A stretch of 64,000 nucleotides of DNA from Antechinus flavipes (Eukaryota): contig NC_067398.1 of NCBI RefSeq assembly GCF_016432865.1, positions 13,578,001 through 13,642,000 on the forward strand. Direction: 5' to 3'. Positions 60,473 through 64,000 of the stretch are shown in pieces. Each line of letters opens with the position of its first letter. Positions within the stretch are counted from its first letter, which is position 1. Position numbers and translations under genes: made by a program. The notes below the pieces were generated by a model. That model was not told the origin of the DNA. It saw only the letters and a program-made list of their open reading frames with translations, and did no database searches.

Positions 60473-60618
60473 TGGGGCAGCTAGGTGGTGCACTGAAAAG
60501 AACACCAGCCTTGAAGCCAGGAGGACGTGAGTTCAAATCTGATCTCAGACATAAAACTTTCTAGCTGTGTGACCCTGGGCAAGTCACTCAATCCCAATTG
60601 CCTCAGGGGAAAAAAAAT
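60473..60618 (+). mobile_element. WSINE1-type SINE
   Basis: ggggcagctaggtggtgc...gagttcaaatctg...cccaattgcctcag followed by an A-tail. Confidence 0.9.
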
Positions 60619-61237
60619 TCTAATGCTGAGTGAATAAAAAATTTTAAAGTCTTTCTACCACAAGGATTTCAAATAGTTTTCTGTCATTCAGTAGTCTGGT
60701 CAAATTTAAATACAAGCTAGGAAACCTACTTGAAAAAAAACAAGTTCTACCTAAAATAGCAAATTTAATATAGCTTCATGGAACTTTATTAAGAAAATCT
60801 CACAGAAATAAAAGGGGTTTCTTCTCCAGCTAAGAATAGAAGGACAGTTCAGTCATTTTAGTGATTTATATTATATAACAAATTTTCTCATCGCAAAACA
60901 CACCAATTCAAAAATTTCTTTCTAAATTGATTAGTACTTAACTTTAATTTGTAAAACTCTCAAGTATCTAATGCTATGTACTCCTCTAACAAAGCATATA
61001 TATTTTTTCATTGTTTCCTTATTTACACAAATTTTTCTCTTTTTTTTGAACCAGGAAAAAGTTAATAATTAAGTGCTTAAGTGCCACAACTATTCAAACT
61101 GTCACTTGTGATCTATTTTTTCTTTACTTTGGAATTTCACTGATAACATTTTCAAATTAGATTGTTTCTTCTTTTCTATTGGGGGGTATATAGTATTGTA
61201 TTTTTCCAATGTTAAGTGCACCTAGTTTTATATATTT

Positions 61238-61440
61238 TTTTAATTATAGCTTTTTATTTAGAAGATATATGCAGGGGTAATTTTTCAGCATTGACCCTTG
61301 CAAAACCTTCTGTTTCAACTTTTCCCCTCCTTCCCCCCACCCCCTTTTCTCTAGATGGCAGGTAGAGCAGTACATGTTAAATATGTTAAGGTATATGTTA
61401 AATACAACATATGTATACATATCCATACAGTTATTTTGGT
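61238..61440 (-). mobile_element. L1 3' end fragment
   Basis: tttttaattatagctttttattt...cagcattgacccttgcaaaacc. Confidence 0.8.
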
Positions 61441-62098
61441 ACAGCTAGTTTTTAACCTTCATTTTTAATATGATTTTGAGTTTCAAATTTTGTCTCCTTC
61501 TCTCCCTCCTATCTACTCTTCCCTAAGATGGCAAGAAATCTGATGTAGGTTATACAGGTTGCTTACAACCTATAGAATTGTATTTCCATAGAGGGACAAA
61601 GACTTAGCCAAAGGTCACGTCAGCTGACCTGAGTTAGTCAAAACAAGATATCGAGCCCCTGAACTGATAAACTGAAAAAATATCACTCCAAAAGAAGAAA
61701 TGGGTAAAAGGCAAGTACTGAGTGCATATGCTTAATGAGTTCATTAATATCAATTTCTCCTTCTCAAAGGAGAAGTTTTCTGTTATTTTTGAATGTATCC
61801 AGGAGAAACATACAATGGGAGGACCAGAAGTCTGTTAACTTCAACATTCCCACCTAATAGGGCAATGAGAGAGGGACCTTTTCAGGATAGCAAATAAAAG
61901 GCTCATTCCCATGTCTATAAGCATATCTGCCCAGGAACTGCTCCTGAATGGATCACCCAGAATACCACAAATAAGTCTAATTACTTCAAAGACTCCTTTT
62001 TATCTTTGTAGCTGATTTCTAACACATGTGTAATCATGTAAATATTATTTCCACATTAGTCATGTTATGAAAGGAGATACAGAACAGAAGGGAAAAGC

Positions 62099-62099
62099 C

Positions 62100-62130
<31 letters not shown>
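62099..62130 (+). repeat. (CAA)n microsatellite
   Basis: Direct inspection. Confidence 0.95.
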
Positions 62131-62132
<2 letters not shown>

Positions 62133-62569
62133 AAAATAGCGTCCTTCAATCTGCAGCCAGACTCCAAAGTTCTTTCTCTGGACATGGAGAGTATTTTCCA
62201 CAAACTAGATTATTTCTAATCAGCAAAATGATCTTTCTCTCTTAGCTATAAAACAATAACTGTTACTCTTCAGGCAAAGAGTGATAAGAGATCTAAGTGT
62301 TAGTTTCCTTTTCATTTTTACAGTTTTTAATTCTCCTTTCTCCTCCTTCAAACAAATTCCACAAACAAGTACAACTCACTAAAATGTTTCAGCACTTATA
62401 AACACATTCAAATTATAATTTGGATATTCACAGTAAAGAACTTACATTTTAATCCTTCATTAGTTTATGATAAAATAAATTTCTACAGATAAAAGATCCC
62501 TGACTCTCTTTTCTGCATTTCTCACCTCTTTTACAATTTAGCCAGGATTAAAAGATGGGATGGGAGTGG

Positions 62570-62697
62570 GGAGCCTTGATGGTCCATGGATAGAGTGCTG
62601 GCCCTGAAGTCTGGAGGACAAATCTGGCCTTGGACACTTAATACTTCCTAGCTGTGTGACCCTGGGCAAATCACTTAACCCCAATTGCCTCATCAAA
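62570..62697 (+). mobile_element. WSINE1-type SINE
   Basis: ggatagagtgctggccctgaagtc...gtgaccctgggcaaatcacttaaccccaattgcctca. Confidence 0.8.
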
Positions 62698-62875
62698 AGG
62701 CAGAGAGAGAAACATTCTTTCTGTGGGAAAATAAAAGGTTTGGCTGACCAAGCCCCAGGAGAAAGTTTGACTTACAAATATAGACAATAGACAAATAAAC
62801 ACAAAAAAAATTCAGTGTCCACCAATGAAAGTCCCCCTTTTAGATCAAATTTGGGGACTTGAATATCTCTCAGAT

Positions 62876-63050
62876 CAGTGGTTCTCAAAGTATTGTCTAG
62901 AGAATCCTGGGAGTCTCTGAAACCCTTTTAGAGGGGCTACAAATTCAAAAATAGTTTTTATTTCCAATATGGTAAATGTCTATACATATAACCCAGGTAA
63001 ACAAAAACGCTTTGGAGAGATCCTCAATCATTTGTCAATAATTTTGGAGT
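62876..63050 (+). mobile_element. hAT-Charlie-like MITE fragment
   Basis: Starts CAGTGGTTCTCAAAG and follows MER-like text (ccctttta gagggg..caaaaatagtttt...aaacaaaa.gctttgg). Confidence 0.55.
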
Positions 63051-64000
63051 CTCCTTTTCCAACTGGGAAGAATCCTCCACTGGTTTGCCAGCCACACATC
63101 CCAGCTTTGGCTATCTGTGACTGCTGGCCACGCCACCCCCCAATAAGAGGTACTTGGGATAAGTGCTTCCCCAGTTCATCTTCAGATAGGGAAGTATTTT
63201 GTCCTTCATTACTCTTTCAGTTTCCTAGGATGGAAATGGACAAGTTCCCTAAGGGATATCTTGATGTTGCAGTGCTTCCCTTAAGGGATCTCAATAATGT
63301 GTACTTCTCCCAGAAAGAAACAGGGAGCCCTTTAAGAAGAAAAGAGAATTTCTCCAAGAGTCTTAAGACCTGATTCTAACACCTTGGTTTACTATTGCCA
63401 AATGCTTTTGACAGTCACACTTAAACACAATTAGGACACAATTCAAACACGCAAAGACTTAGCCAGCAGTAGTGGGTGGGGGAGAGGAAGCACAGCTGCT
63501 TCCCTTAGCTTGGAAAGGAAGGAATTGAGGGGTGGAAATCGGATCCAGTTCAGCTCGCATCAGAAAAATCACTTGATAGAACGTCTCACCTGAGAGCAGT
63601 CTTAAAGTAGAATTGTTCCCCAGGAGTGTCCCAGAGATCAACTTCCCTCCCTTCATGAGGCTACCCCAGAGATTAACTTTCCTACCCCCAGGCCTTTCAT
63701 GGTTGCCAAACTGACAGTCAAAAATTAAGATCGACTGAGGCACCAAGTTCCTAGCACAATCAACTTATTGGTAAAACATGAATTTGTTAATGAAGAGGAT
63801 CTCAGCTTTCCCAGCAAAGGTAAGACTCCGAATAAGGAGCTCTCTTTGGTAGTTTTGGGGTGTACCGAAAATAGGATATTTCATTATATTCCATAGCAAT
63901 ATGGAAGAAAATGGGATTGGATGGAAATTGGGATTGAAGACTAGCAAAAATCCCTCCCTCCTTTTTTCCCTCCTTTCCGTAACTAAGAAATGGTCATTGT
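63050..64000 (-). mobile_element. ERV 5' LTR (63712 to window end), PBS and leader
   Basis: Minus strand ...TGACTGTCA gtt TGGCAACCATGAAAGG. The LTR ends in CA, then a PBS (63691-63708) resembling the complement of the tRNA-Arg(UCG) 3' end. The LTR is homologous to 57944-58230. Confidence 0.7.

Noticed and set aside
4437-62697. tRNA-like sequences
   Set aside because: All are heads of WSINE1, MAR1 or MIR SINEs, with SINE bodies and tails; no complete cloverleaf seen
62969-63373. 134-aa plus-strand ORF
   Set aside because: Spans a MITE end and the antisense ERV leader; no recognisable protein

Overview
Marsupial genomic DNA, probably dasyurid, judged from WSINE1/MAR1-type SINEs and marsupial L1 3' ends. 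It has two short N gaps. On the + strand it carries the last 8 coding exons and 3'UTR of OXSR1 (9646-24116) and a complete, intact 10-exon SLC22A13/OAT10 (27324-44697, 552 aa). Beyond these lie decayed exon remnants of a second SLC22 gene where SLC22A14 sits in eutherians (exon 1 at 51391-51762, exon 4 at 57562-57705; both with stops, exon 1 also frameshifted and exon 4 shortened). This looks like a dead, possibly unitary, pseudogene. It is followed by a decayed minus-strand ERV (two related LTRs, a tRNA-Arg-like PBS, env-like remnant) holding a three-layer nested L1 insertion. Other features: a ~7 kb CpG island fusing the OXSR1 3' end with the SLC22A13 promoter, several local tandem duplications, two independent solo LTRs of one family with 6-bp TSDs, and many L1/L2/CR1/SINE fragments. 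I found no convincing wholly new biological system. The SLC22A14-like gene corpse and its ERV are the best leads. Reference protein comparisons are from memory and need alignment.
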